Below, in pieces: positions 30,174 through 39,711 of a stretch of DNA of 64,000 nucleotides (position 1 is the stretch's first letter; each line of letters opens with the position of its first letter). The stretch is from NCBI GenBank assembly GCA_034520565.1, contig JAXHNL010000002.1, positions 896,001-960,000 on the forward strand. The letters run 5' to 3'. The notes under the pieces are model-generated. The model had not been told where the DNA came from, did not search any database, and saw only the letters and a list, made by a program, of their open reading frames with translations. This DNA is from Halodesulfurarchaeum sp. (lineage in GTDB: Archaea > Halobacteriota > Halobacteria > Halobacteriales > Halobacteriaceae). The position numbers and the translations under genes were made by a program.

Positions 30174-31505
30174 TTAGGTGTATGGTTCGAATTCCCGGCC
30201 GAAGACGAGGAAATAGCCGGTTCCGAGGACGCCGATGGCCGCCGCGACGGTGAAGGCCAGTTCGGGGCTGGCGAACTCCCAGAGTGCTCCACCCAGGGCC
30301 GCACTCGGGATCACGAGCGTGTTTCGGAGCAGGTAGTAGGCGCCGGTCACCCGGCCGCCGGTCCCCCGCTCGGCCGGGCCGACGATCAGGGCCTTGTGTG
30401 TGGGGAGTCCGGCAAAGCGAAGCCCGGAAAAGGCGAAGACGGCGACGAGTGCGGGGGCACTCGCCGGGGCGTAGATCAGGACTAGCGGAAAGACGGCGTA
30501 GACGGCAAACCCGACGGTAACGACCGGTTTGAGGCCCACGAACTCGGCCACTCGAGCCGCCGGGAGCATTACCAGGAGCGCGACGAGCATCTCGACGCCG
30601 AGGAGGTACCCGAAAAACGCGGCCGGTGAGAGGGACACGGCGGTCGAAAATCCACCGATCGAAACCGTCGTTTCGAATCCAACCGAAAGCACCTGGGTGA
30701 CGACCAGGACGAAAAACACGTACACCATCCCGTTGGCAAAGCGGACGAACGTGTCGCCGACGAGAAGCGGGCGTAACTCGGGAGGGAGCGCCGCGAGATC
30801 CTGCCGAAGCTGGGACAGTCCCTCGAAGGAGTCCCCGATGGAGTCCTCGCTCGAATCGTAAAGGAAGTGCTGGGCGACGGTCCCCACCGCTCCGAAAAGG
30901 ACGGCCGCGCCGAGCACGTACTGGAAGCTCCGCGTGAAGGAGGGGTGGAGCCCGATCAGGAACGCCGCGAGAACGGGACCGACGAGAAAGGCCGTCCGCC
31001 GGAACGTTTCGGTTCCCGCGAAGCCGGTCGCCAGCCGCGACGGATCCGTCGCCTGCTTGACCACCGCGAAGGTGGCTCCGAGTCCGAAGGACTTCCAGGC
31101 CTGGGCCAGCACCAGCCCCACGAAGATCCAGATCCAGGGGGCGATGGTCACCTCGCCGACGGTGATCGGCCCGATCGCAGGGGCCACGAACCAGACGGCG
31201 AACCCGAGCGTCGAGAGCAGTCCGAAGACCGTGAGCGAATAGCGGGACCCGATTCGATCGGAGACGGCTCCGCCCGGATACGGGAACACCGCAGAAACCA
31301 CGTTTCCGGCCGTTCCAAAGAGGCCGACGACGAACCCGGAGGCCCCGAGTGCGACCATGTACTCGGGGAGAAAGCGACTCGTCATCTGGAAGCCGAGACT
31401 GAAGAGAAACATTGCTGCCGAGAGGACCAGGACGTCCCGTGGGAGCGCGAACAGCCCTTCCAGCCTGTCGAGTGGGCCGCCGGAAGCGGAACTGGACTCG
31501 CCCAT
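30174..31505 (-). CDS. MFS transporter
   Basis: About 12 TM segments and motif A GGAVSDRIGSR. Confidence 0.9.
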   Translation of the reverse strand: MGESSSASGGPLDRLEGLFALPRDVLVLSAAMFLFSLGFQMTSRFLPEYMVALGASGFVVGLFGTAGNVVSAVFPYPGGAVSDRIGSRYSLTVFGLLSTLGFAVWFVAPAIGPITVGEVTIAPWIWIFVGLVLAQAWKSFGLGATFAVVKQATDPSRLATGFAGTETFRRTAFLVGPVLAAFLIGLHPSFTRSFQYVLGAAVLFGAVGTVAQHFLYDSSEDSIGDSFEGLSQLRQDLAALPPELRPLLVGDTFVRFANGMVYVFFVLVVTQVLSVGFETTVSIGGFSTAVSLSPAAFFGYLLGVEMLVALLVMLPAARVAEFVGLKPVVTVGFAVYAVFPLVLIYAPASAPALVAVFAFSGLRFAGLPTHKALIVGPAERGTGGRVTGAYYLLRNTLVIPSAALGGALWEFASPELAFTVAAAIGVLGTGYFLVFGREFEPYT

Positions 31506-31537
31506 TGGCAAAACGTCCACCGAGAACAGTAAATGAC

Positions 31538-31619
31538 TGTCGGCATGGGCGGTATCGATCAGCGTGTCGGCGGGCGTGGCATCGATCAGCGTCGGCTTGG
31601 GCGGCATCGAACTGGGTGT
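31538..31619. repeat. Three degenerate 25-27 bp tandem repeats in a divergent intergenic region
   Basis: TGTCGGCATGGGCGGTATCGATCAGCG / TGTCGGCGGGCGTGGCATCGATCAGCG / TCGGCTTGGGCGGCATCGAACTGGG. Confidence 0.6.
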
Positions 31620-31672
31620 CGCCTGGCGAACGAAACGGTCTTGCACGGACCAATGCAAACTGCCCACTATCG

Positions 31673-32869
31673 ATGGACGTCTTTGGATCGGTCGCCCGGT
31701 CTGTCTCCGCCTTGCGCGGCGAGGGCCGTGGCCGGATCTTGCTCGCCGTCGCGGCTGGCTGGGGACTGCTCGTGGGGACCCGGATGAGCTACCCGGTGTT
31801 GCTCCCATACATCAGGGAGGCCTACGGACTCTCGCTTTCGGTCGCGGGATTGCTCGTGACGATCGTCTGGCTGGGGTCTGCGCTCGGACAGCTTCCGGGC
31901 GGCATCCTCGCCGACCGATTCAACGAGCGATACGTGATGACGGCGGGGCTGGTCGTCGTCGCGGTGGCACTCTCGATCGTGACGCTCTCCGGGAGCGTCG
32001 TGGTGGTATTTCTCGGCACCGGACTCGTCGGGCTCGGGCTCTCGTTGTATCCGATCGCTCGCATCACGGTTCTCACCGACATCTTCCCGGACGCGGTCGG
32101 GAGCGCACTGGGCGTGACGATGGCGACCGGCGACACGGGACAGACGGTACTGCCGCCACTCGTCGGTTTCCTCGCGGCCGCGGTCGCGTGGCAGGTCGGG
32201 TTGGGGGTTCTCGTTCCGGTTTTCCTCCTGTTGGCCGCGCTGGTCTGGGTCGTCGTGCCCGACGGAGCGCCCTCGGAGGAAGACGCACTGTCGTTCGACC
32301 GGGCTCGGGCCGTGTTCGTCGAACTTCGGACTCGTTCGATGGCCCTGGTTACTGTCGTCCTCTTCTTCTACATCCTCGTTTGGCAGTCCTTCACCGGCTT
32401 TTACCCGACCTACCTCGTCGAGATCAAGGGCCTCTCGCCGTCGGTGGCCGGCACGGTCTTTGCGCTGTTCTTCGGCGTCGGCGTCGTCGTGAAACCGATT
32501 TCCGGGGATGCATACGACCGCTTCGGCATGCGAGCCTCGCTTCTGGCCGTGCTCGTCGGCCCCGTCCTCGGGCTCGCGATGCTTCCCTTCGTCGAGGGCG
32601 TCGTCGCGTTGATCGCTCTGACGGCGCTGGTCAGCACGATGCTGGGGTCGGGAGCGATCACCCAGTCCTACCTCGCAGAGGAGATCCCGGCGGAGATCCG
32701 GGGCACCGGACTCGGCGTGGTCCGCACGACAGCCGCGTCGATGGGCGCGGCCGGTCCCGTACTGTTCGGGCTGCTGGCAGACGGTGGCTATTTCGACGAA
32801 GCGTATCTCGTCCTGGCCGCCCTGATGGTCCTCATTCTGGGACTGACGTCCCTGCTGCCCCGACCGTGA
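31673..32869 (+). CDS. MFS transporter
   Basis: About 12 TM segments; GGILADRFNER and SGDAYDRFGMR motifs. Confidence 0.9.
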   Translation: MDVFGSVARSVSALRGEGRGRILLAVAAGWGLLVGTRMSYPVLLPYIREAYGLSLSVAGLLVTIVWLGSALGQLPGGILADRFNERYVMTAGLVVVAVALSIVTLSGSVVVVFLGTGLVGLGLSLYPIARITVLTDIFPDAVGSALGVTMATGDTGQTVLPPLVGFLAAAVAWQVGLGVLVPVFLLLAALVWVVVPDGAPSEEDALSFDRARAVFVELRTRSMALVTVVLFFYILVWQSFTGFYPTYLVEIKGLSPSVAGTVFALFFGVGVVVKPISGDAYDRFGMRASLLAVLVGPVLGLAMLPFVEGVVALIALTALVSTMLGSGAITQSYLAEEIPAEIRGTGLGVVRTTAASMGAAGPVLFGLLADGGYFDEAYLVLAALMVLILGLTSLLPRP

Positions 32870-32904
32870 GGATTGTCCGCCGGTGAAGTTCCGCAGTCGG
32901 TGGC

Positions 32905-34575
32905 TTACTCCGCGTCCTCGACCGGTGCGTTCGGCGCGTTCAGTTTCACACTCTCGATCCCGTCCCTGGCACTGCTCCGGCTCGTGTATCCCTGTCCGCT
33001 ATCGGCCATAATCTGGCCGTTCCGGTGGCGCAATCGCCATCGCGTCGCTCCGGATTTGTCCTCGAAGAGTTCGAATGCGGCCGACCCGATTTCGAGCCGG
33101 TCGGCGTCGGGAACGTACGTGCGAACTCGGTCAATTGCCTCCTCGAGGGCACGCTTCGAACTGTATCCCTCGCCGCTGTCGGCCATGATCTCGTCGTTTC
33201 CACCACGGAGCCGGAAGCGATGTTCTCCGGCTTTGTCGGTGTAGGTTTCGAACTCCATCTCTTCGACGTCCGTTCGAATCGTTTCGATGGCCCGGCGGGC
33301 GTTCCCGCGGCTCGCATAGCCCTCGCCGCTGTCGGCCAAGATGTTCCCGTTCCGGTGGACGAGCCGCCATCGCCACTGCCCGGCCCGGTCCTCGTAGACT
33401 TCGAACGCGGTCGGGTCCGGCCAGAGGTAATCCGCCGGTCCGACGGAGGCTTTGACCCGATCGATCGCGTTCCCGGCCTCGTGTTTCGAGCTGTATCCCT
33501 CGCCGCTGTCGGCGATGATCTCGCCGTTGTCGTGGCGAAGCCGCCAGCGGTAGCCTCCCTCCCGATCCTCGTAGCGCTCGAACGTCGCATTGCTCTCACG
33601 AGTCTCGACCGGCTCGAACGTCTCCTCGGTTTCGGGAAGGTCCTCCTTTTTCTCGTAGAGGAGGACCGGCGCACCGTACGCGTCACGCCGGACGGCTTCC
33701 AGTCCGCTCTGGGCGTTGTGCATCTGGGTGTATCCCTGGCCGCTGCTGGCGATGATGTTACCGTTTCGGTGTCTGAGCCGCCACCGGTACTCCCCGGCCC
33801 GATCTTCGTACAGTTCGACGCGGCTCTGACTGGTGGCGATCGTCCGCAACCGTGCGGCGAGATCGTGTTCGTCGACTGCCGTGTCCGCGAGCTGTTCGCG
33901 AACCTCCCCGAGGACGGCCGCGAGGTCCGCTTCGTCCGCTTTGACGTCACCCACCCGGTCCCGAATCGTTCTCAGGACGACAGCGAGGTCGGATTCGTCG
34001 GCTTTCGCGTCCACGAGTTGCGCTCGGATGACGGCAAGGACTTTCGCGAGTTCGGCTTCGTCAGTCTCGGTGTCTTCGAGCGCCGATCGCAGGGCCTCGA
34101 GTTCCGATGCGAGTGCGCTCACTTTGGCTTCGAGTTCGGCCCGGTCGGTGAGCATCGGGACGAAGACGGCGCCGATGGCCATCAGGGCGAGCCCCCCAAG
34201 GTAAAGACCGATGATCGTGGTGTGACCGGTGTACTGGCCCCACTGTTCGGGATACGCGGCCACGAACCAGAGGATCGCGATTGCGTTCAGGGCCAGCCCG
34301 GCCCACACGAGCCAGGTCGCTTCGCGTCGCAGTGGAAGTCGAATGACCGGGCCGGCAAAGACGAGGGCGAGTCCAGCGGCCGCCAGGACGTACGCCCACT
34401 GCCGAAATGCAGCCGCCGGACTACTCGCGAGGAAGAGGAGTACCCCGAGAATCGCGAGTATCGTGCCGACGGCGAAAAGCCAGTATCCCTGGACCTCGTC
34501 GTCGGTCGACGGTTTTCCCACGTGCGTTCGATACCACTGGTGCAGTGTGCTGTTGCTCGTGGTCGTCGAATCCAT
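32905..34575 (-). CDS. Membrane protein with coiled-coil repeats and five YegP/DUF1508-like domains
   Basis: Four TM segments, four 21-aa repeats, and five FExYxD.xGxxRWRL...NG.I.A.SG.GY units. Confidence 0.85.
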   Translation of the reverse strand: MDSTTTSNSTLHQWYRTHVGKPSTDDEVQGYWLFAVGTILAILGVLLFLASSPAAAFRQWAYVLAAAGLALVFAGPVIRLPLRREATWLVWAGLALNAIAILWFVAAYPEQWGQYTGHTTIIGLYLGGLALMAIGAVFVPMLTDRAELEAKVSALASELEALRSALEDTETDEAELAKVLAVIRAQLVDAKADESDLAVVLRTIRDRVGDVKADEADLAAVLGEVREQLADTAVDEHDLAARLRTIATSQSRVELYEDRAGEYRWRLRHRNGNIIASSGQGYTQMHNAQSGLEAVRRDAYGAPVLLYEKKEDLPETEETFEPVETRESNATFERYEDREGGYRWRLRHDNGEIIADSGEGYSSKHEAGNAIDRVKASVGPADYLWPDPTAFEVYEDRAGQWRWRLVHRNGNILADSGEGYASRGNARRAIETIRTDVEEMEFETYTDKAGEHRFRLRGGNDEIMADSGEGYSSKRALEEAIDRVRTYVPDADRLEIGSAAFELFEDKSGATRWRLRHRNGQIMADSGQGYTSRSSARDGIESVKLNAPNAPVEDAE

Positions 34576-34660
34576 ATCGTATATTGACACGTCCGGACCA
34601 AATAACTCTATGCCTCCCCGCCATTCCAACGACGATTACTGATCATGCACCTGAGTCCGG

Positions 34661-34689
34661 GATTAATTACAGTTAATCAAATTTTATAT
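34661..34689 (+). promoter_or_regulatory. Palindrome GATTAA-N6-TTAATC next to TATA box TTTTATAT
   Basis: The TATA box lies about 25-32 nt upstream of ATG 34714 (leaderless spacing); the palindrome is at 34661-34678. Confidence 0.5.
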
Positions 34690-34713
34690 GGCTGGGCCGT
34701 GTGACCACCGGTA

Positions 34714-34914
34714 ATGAGCGATTACACGACGATTTCTCTCAAGAGAGAGTTCGTGGAGGACGTCGAGGCGTACATCGAGGACGAACCCTTCAGCTCCGTC
34801 AAAGAATTCGTCAAACACCTCCTCCTCCGGGAAATGGAGTCCGAGGAGGGCATTTCGGAGGCGGAGGCCAAGGCCCTCGGACAGAAACTCCAGGACCTCG
34901 GGTACGTCGATTGA
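34714..34914 (+). CDS. Small CopG/RHH-like DNA-binding protein
   Basis: YTTISLKREFVEDV...FSSVKEFVKHLL and C-terminal LQDLGY. Confidence 0.75.
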   Translation: MSDYTTISLKREFVEDVEAYIEDEPFSSVKEFVKHLLLREMESEEGISEAEAKALGQKLQDLGYVD

Positions 34915-35127
34915 ATGACTGGGAACCGCCAGCGGGCGAGTACTTCCCTCTCGCGGTACGACGCGATCCTGCTCGCGATCCCGGCGCTTTTCCTCGCGAC
35001 GGGGCTTGCAGCGACGGTCTTCGACGTGAACCACCTGCTTGCACTCGCCACGGCCTCCCTCGCGAGTGGACTCCTTGTCGCTGACTCCCTCTTTTTCAAC
35101 CCGCCGGTCGAGAGCGGGATTCGCTGA
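34915..35127 (+). CDS. Small two-TM membrane protein
   Basis: SRYDAILLAIP...DSLFFNPP, with two hydrophobic helices; abuts the upstream stop. Confidence 0.7.
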   Translation: MTGNRQRASTSLSRYDAILLAIPALFLATGLAATVFDVNHLLALATASLASGLLVADSLFFNPPVESGIR

Positions 35128-35174
35128 ACGGGCTTTTCGAAAGGGCAAGGTGGCTGCCGTCCGAGGCGTTTCTC

Positions 35175-35453
35175 ATGGCTCCAACCGTTGATGATCGCCG
35201 GAACGAGATCCGCGAGGCTGTCGGTCGCCACGCGAGGATCGAGTCGACGGCGTTCACGAAGGAAGCCCTCGCGGCCATCTGCGAGGCAGTCGGGGAGCCC
35301 GTCGAACCGGGCCGGATGCCGTCGAAATCGACGATGCGGGCCCGGATCCTCCAGGCCATCGATCCGGAGGCAGAAGCCCCTTCGAACCCCTTCGATCGGG
35401 CCTTTCGCAAGGCCGAACTCGATCGGATCGCCGCAGCACTGAACGGGGAATAG
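35175..35453 (+). CDS. Hypothetical protein (92 aa)
   Basis: ATG start, typical codon usage, internal FTKEAL / FRKAEL repeat. Confidence 0.7.
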   Translation: MAPTVDDRRNEIREAVGRHARIESTAFTKEALAAICEAVGEPVEPGRMPSKSTMRARILQAIDPEAEAPSNPFDRAFRKAELDRIAAALNGE

Positions 35454-35515
35454 CGGCCGGCCCCGACGGGGTCTCGTCGACGGGGTATTTCACCTTGTGG
35501 CCCGACAGGGTTCGT

Positions 35516-36028
35516 ATGGCCGCGCTGGCAACCGCATTTCGGCGATTTCCACGTGACCGGCCGGTTATTTCACTGCTCGTGAGCGTGCTGGCCGTCGAAA
35601 TCGTCGGGGCCTCGGGCGCCGTGTTCACGGTCCAGGGGCTGGGCGAATGGTACGGATCGCTCACCCAGCCCGCAATCGCGCCGCCGAACTGGCTCTTCGG
35701 CCCGGTCTGGACCACGCTGTTCGGCCTGCTGGGGATCGCCGTCTGGCTCGTCTGGCGACGCGCCGAAGACTCCCCGGAACGGGTCCGCCTTGCGATGGGG
35801 GTCTTCGCGATCCACTTCGCGTTCAACCTGGCGTGGTCGGCCGCCTTCTTCGCGTTGCAGGCGATCGCTCTCGGGCTGGCGGTGATCCTCGTCCTCTGGG
35901 CTCTCATTCTCGCCACCATCTGGGCCTTCGACCGGGTCGATCGACGGGCCGCTTTGCTCCTCGTTCCCTACCTCTTGTGGGTCACCTTCGCCACCCTCCT
36001 CAACTACCAGTTCTGGATCCTCAACTGA
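35516..36028 (+). CDS. tspO: TspO/MBR family tryptophan-rich sensory protein
   Basis: WYGSLTQP..APPNWLFGPVWTTL, NLAWS..FF and LLVPYLLWVTFATLLN motifs. Confidence 0.92.
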   Translation: MAALATAFRRFPRDRPVISLLVSVLAVEIVGASGAVFTVQGLGEWYGSLTQPAIAPPNWLFGPVWTTLFGLLGIAVWLVWRRAEDSPERVRLAMGVFAIHFAFNLAWSAAFFALQAIALGLAVILVLWALILATIWAFDRVDRRAALLLVPYLLWVTFATLLNYQFWILN

Positions 36029-36198
36029 GCCGTGTCGAGTGCAACGCCTCGTTCCTGGCCGAGCGGGTGGAATTCCTGGCCGTCGAAGGTGACCTTTTTG
36101 CGGTCGGTCCCGAAACGGTCGGCTATGGGCGTCGATCGACCGCGTGACAGTTCCGAACCGTCGGTCAGTGATCGTCCGGACCGGAGGATTCGAGACCG

Positions 36199-37509
36199 AT
36201 GAGGAGGAACTGGTTGGTCTCGTGGGGACTGGGAGCGGTCTCCTTTGGCGGGGCCTCTTTGCTCGTTCCGCTTTACATCGTCCGTCTGGGGGCATCACCT
36301 TTCGACCTGGGGATCATGGCCGCCGCGGCCGCGATAATCGCCGCTCCCGGTGCCATTCTCTTCGGGCGGCTGGCGAGTGGAGCGAGTCACCGCCGGGCAC
36401 TGGTACTTCTCACGCTGGCGACGGCGACGGTCACGCTCTCGGCGATACCGTTGCTCCAGTCGATTCGTGGCGTGATCGTGGTGAACACGATATTCTGGTT
36501 CGTTATCGCCTCGGTCGGGCCGGTGGTCACGATGCTCGTCGTCGAGAACACCCCCGAATCCGAGTGGAGCACGCAAATCGGCGTGGTGAACACGTACTAC
36601 GGCTATGGGTGGGCCGGCGGCCTCGTGCTCGGGATGGTCTGGCCGCTCCTCGGGACCCGGCTGTTCGAGGCGGCATTGGTAGATCGGGGGCTGTTCTGGC
36701 TGCTTGCCGGCGTGGCCGGACTCAGCACACTGAGTGCGGCCTGGACGTTGCCGAAGCCGGACCCGGCAGATGACGTCACGACCGCGCGGACGGCCCGTCG
36801 CGTCGCCAGGTTGCTCGCCCGTTCCGGCCGGCACGTCCGCGGGGCGACTTTCGTCTTCCCGGCGAACCGTCTCTACTGGTCGACTCGGGGTTTCCGCGTG
36901 TCCAAGCTGGGTGCCATTCTCGATTCGACACTTTCGGTCTTTCTGCTCGCGTCGGGCCTGTTTTTCGCCGGGTTCGCCGCATTTTGGGCGCCGCTCCCCC
37001 ACCTGCTTGCGGGGGTTGGCTACGATTCCGGCCACATCTTCGGCCTGTACCTCCTCTCGAGTCTCTCGGGGGCGGTGCTTTTCGAACCGGTCGGCAAACT
37101 CGCGAGGCGCACGGACGAGTGGTGGTTGGTCGGGGGCGCACTCGCGGTTCGTGGGGTCCTGTTTCCGATTGTCGCGGTTGGGGCGGGACTGGGGCTTACG
37201 GCCCTTGGAATCGTCCTCCTCGGGGGCCTGCTTCTGGCGGTGGGAATCACGTGGGCCGTGATCGCCGTGGTCGGGACGACCATCGTCACTCGCCTCGCCC
37301 CGCCGGGTCTTCGCGGGGAAGCACTCGGGAGCTACGTGGCAATCGGCGCGGTCGCCGGCGGGATCGGAAGCGCGCTTGGCGGCTGGCTGGCGACGTTCGG
37401 GTTTCTCCACGCGTTCGCCGTCGCGGGCGGGCTGGTGCTTTCCGGATCGCTCCTCGTGGTTTCGTTGCGGGACCGCTCGACAGAACCGCCCTCGAAGGGG
37501 GACGGCTGA
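36199..37509 (+). CDS. MFS transporter
   Basis: About 12 TM segments in two halves; APPGLRGEALG motif. Confidence 0.85.
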   Translation: MRRNWLVSWGLGAVSFGGASLLVPLYIVRLGASPFDLGIMAAAAAIIAAPGAILFGRLASGASHRRALVLLTLATATVTLSAIPLLQSIRGVIVVNTIFWFVIASVGPVVTMLVVENTPESEWSTQIGVVNTYYGYGWAGGLVLGMVWPLLGTRLFEAALVDRGLFWLLAGVAGLSTLSAAWTLPKPDPADDVTTARTARRVARLLARSGRHVRGATFVFPANRLYWSTRGFRVSKLGAILDSTLSVFLLASGLFFAGFAAFWAPLPHLLAGVGYDSGHIFGLYLLSSLSGAVLFEPVGKLARRTDEWWLVGGALAVRGVLFPIVAVGAGLGLTALGIVLLGGLLLAVGITWAVIAVVGTTIVTRLAPPGLRGEALGSYVAIGAVAGGIGSALGGWLATFGFLHAFAVAGGLVLSGSLLVVSLRDRSTEPPSKGDG

Positions 37510-37929
37510 TCACCGAAGGACGCTCTTCGCGTAGGCCCCGGCGAGCATCCCGGCGATCGCGACGAGTATCGGGTAGTTTCCGATCCCGACGCTGGCGTAG
37601 GCGGCGCCCGGGCAAATGCCCGAGAGTCCCCACCCGACCCCGAAGAGGACCCCTCCCAGCAGGACGTCATGGTCCATCGACCGGAGCCGCTTCGTGTACG
37701 CGGCTCCGGTGAGCGGCGCGGTTCGATCGAGCCGCGTACCCACCGCGATGGCCAGCCCGGTCACGACCGCGCCGCCGCCCATGACGAAGAGCAAGCCGAA
37801 GTCCGCAAGCTGGAGGAAGGAGAGCACGACCTCCGGACGGGCCATCTGGCTGATCGCCAGGCCGAACCCGAACAGCAACCCACCGAGATAGACCACGACG
37901 TAGAAGCCGAGTCCCCGGTCGCCGTTCAT
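37510..37929 (-). CDS. YeeE/YedE family sulfur-compound transporter subunit
   Basis: GLLFGFGLAISQM and GGVLFGVGWGLSGICPG motifs. Confidence 0.88.
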   Translation of the reverse strand: MNGDRGLGFYVVVYLGGLLFGFGLAISQMARPEVVLSFLQLADFGLLFVMGGGAVVTGLAIAVGTRLDRTAPLTGAAYTKRLRSMDHDVLLGGVLFGVGWGLSGICPGAAYASVGIGNYPILVAIAGMLAGAYAKSVLR

Positions 37930-37963
37930 CGGCTCACCTCCCGGGCGGGGACCCCATCGCCGG

Positions 37964-38455
37964 TCATGGTGTCACCCCGAGCGCCATGACCCCGAGGGCG
38001 GTTCCGATCGCCACGAGGAGGAAGACGATCACGTTCGTGATCGAGGTCTCCGAGAGCGAGCCGACCCCACAGATCCCGTGGCCGGACGTACAGCCCTTCC
38101 CGAGACGGGTTCCCAGCCCGACGAGGAAGCCGCCGACACCCAGGCGCCAGAGTTGCACTTCGGTCGTCCAGATTCCCCCGCCACTGACGACCGTGAAGAG
38201 GACGGCCCCCGAGACGATCCCGGCGGTGAAGACGAGTCGCCAGCCACGGGAACGCTTCAGCGGGAATCGATTGAGCGACGGCCGACGGGAGACGTAGCTC
38301 AGCGAGGATTCGAGCACCGTACTCGCACCCGGCGTGAGTCCGGTCAACGCGTAAATGAACGAGACCCCGAGCCCGATGAGCACGCCCCCGACCGCGTAGT
38401 GGAGCACCCCGTTTGGAAACAGCGACGCGAGAAGCTCCGGTGGAACGAGGGCCAT
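37964..38455 (-). CDS. YeeE/YedE family sulfur-compound transporter subunit
   Basis: GGFLVGLGTRLGKGCTSGHGICG motif. Confidence 0.9.
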   Translation of the reverse strand: MALVPPELLASLFPNGVLHYAVGGVLIGLGVSFIYALTGLTPGASTVLESSLSYVSRRPSLNRFPLKRSRGWRLVFTAGIVSGAVLFTVVSGGGIWTTEVQLWRLGVGGFLVGLGTRLGKGCTSGHGICGVGSLSETSITNVIVFLLVAIGTALGVMALGVTP

Positions 38456-38457
38456 GG

Positions 38458-39651
38458 TTAGCTCGTCGTTGCGCCCTGGCTCGCCGCGCAGTTGTTCGGC
38501 CCGAGTTCGATGCGGAACGCTTCTGTCTCGTCGATCGCCCGATGGCCGAGGTTGGCGTCGATGATCGTCTCGTAGTTGGCCGGTCGCGGAGGCATGTTCG
38601 CGAGAATGTGCTCGACGAAGTCCTCCTTTGCCATCGACAGTGCCGGCATGGTCTTCCGGAGGTCGCCCAGTCTGGCCGTGTACGTCCCGTCAGTGGCCGG
38701 CTTCTCGTTTTCGGCTCGATGGCCCCCGGCGACGATCACGTCCGGATCGAGGGAGAGGAGTTTCTCTTGCAGACTGTCGTAGAGCTGTCGTGCAGCCTCG
38801 GGGGCACCTTCATCGCCGGCTTCGAGGTCCGGACGGGCGACGCTGCCGACGAAGAGACTGTCGCCGGTCAAAATTACGGCCCCGTCGACGAGATAGCTGG
38901 TCATGCCGGTGGTGTGTCCCGGCGTGTGGATGGCCTCGATGGTCACTTCGCCGACCTCCACCGTGTCGCCGTCATCGATCTGGGTGAGGTCGGCCTCGAC
39001 TTCCATCCCCCGCTCGACGGTCGTCTGGGGAACGACTCCCTCGACCCCGGCTTCCGAAAGCGAGCCCACGCCGCTCACGTGGTCTGCGTGGCAGTGGGTG
39101 TCGATGGCGTACTCGAGGTCGGCCTCTCGAGCCGCGCTATCTTCGAGATATCGGTCGGTAAACGCCCTGAGCGGGTCGATCACGGCGGCCTCGCCGTCGG
39201 ATTCGACCAGGTAGGACAGACAGCCGGTCGAGGGGCGGTGGTACTGGACGACCGTGGCGTTCCCATCGGACGCGCGGATCTCGGTCGCGTCGTAGAGACT
39301 CGCCCACGCGTCCATCCCGCCCTCGAGGGTGACGGCCTCGCGGCCGGCGTCCTCGAGCAGGCCGGCGACGTAGGCACTCGCGTCGCCTTCGGCACAGACC
39401 ACGACGAGCGGATCGCCCTCGGGACTTCGTTCGACCGTCTCGGCTTCGTTCTCGAGGAACACGTAGTAGGGGATGTTTTCGACCTCGACGGCCTCGCCGT
39501 CGATGTGCCACGTTTCGAAATCGCCTTCGACACGGACGTCGAGGATCGAGACCGGGTCGCCGTTCTCGATTCGGCTGCGCAGCGTGGCCGGGCCCATCGT
39601 TCCGGCCCGAGCCTCGGCATTAGGCAGGCCATCGGGGTCGGATTCGTTCAT
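38458..39651 (-). CDS. Rhodanese-metallo-beta-lactamase fusion (persulfide dioxygenase-like)
   Basis: Rhodanese ILDVR..VVVCAEG..LEGGMDAW; MBL THCHADH, HTPGHT and TGDSLF motifs. Confidence 0.9.
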   Translation of the reverse strand: MNESDPDGLPNAEARAGTMGPATLRSRIENGDPVSILDVRVEGDFETWHIDGEAVEVENIPYYVFLENEAETVERSPEGDPLVVVCAEGDASAYVAGLLEDAGREAVTLEGGMDAWASLYDATEIRASDGNATVVQYHRPSTGCLSYLVESDGEAAVIDPLRAFTDRYLEDSAAREADLEYAIDTHCHADHVSGVGSLSEAGVEGVVPQTTVERGMEVEADLTQIDDGDTVEVGEVTIEAIHTPGHTTGMTSYLVDGAVILTGDSLFVGSVARPDLEAGDEGAPEAARQLYDSLQEKLLSLDPDVIVAGGHRAENEKPATDGTYTARLGDLRKTMPALSMAKEDFVEHILANMPPRPANYETIIDANLGHRAIDETEAFRIELGPNNCAASQGATTS

Positions 39652-39711
39652 TAGTGGTCTCGATTTGTTTGGTCCCCAGGGCTAAAAACCCTGAGTGAAC
39701 GTGCAAGGGAT

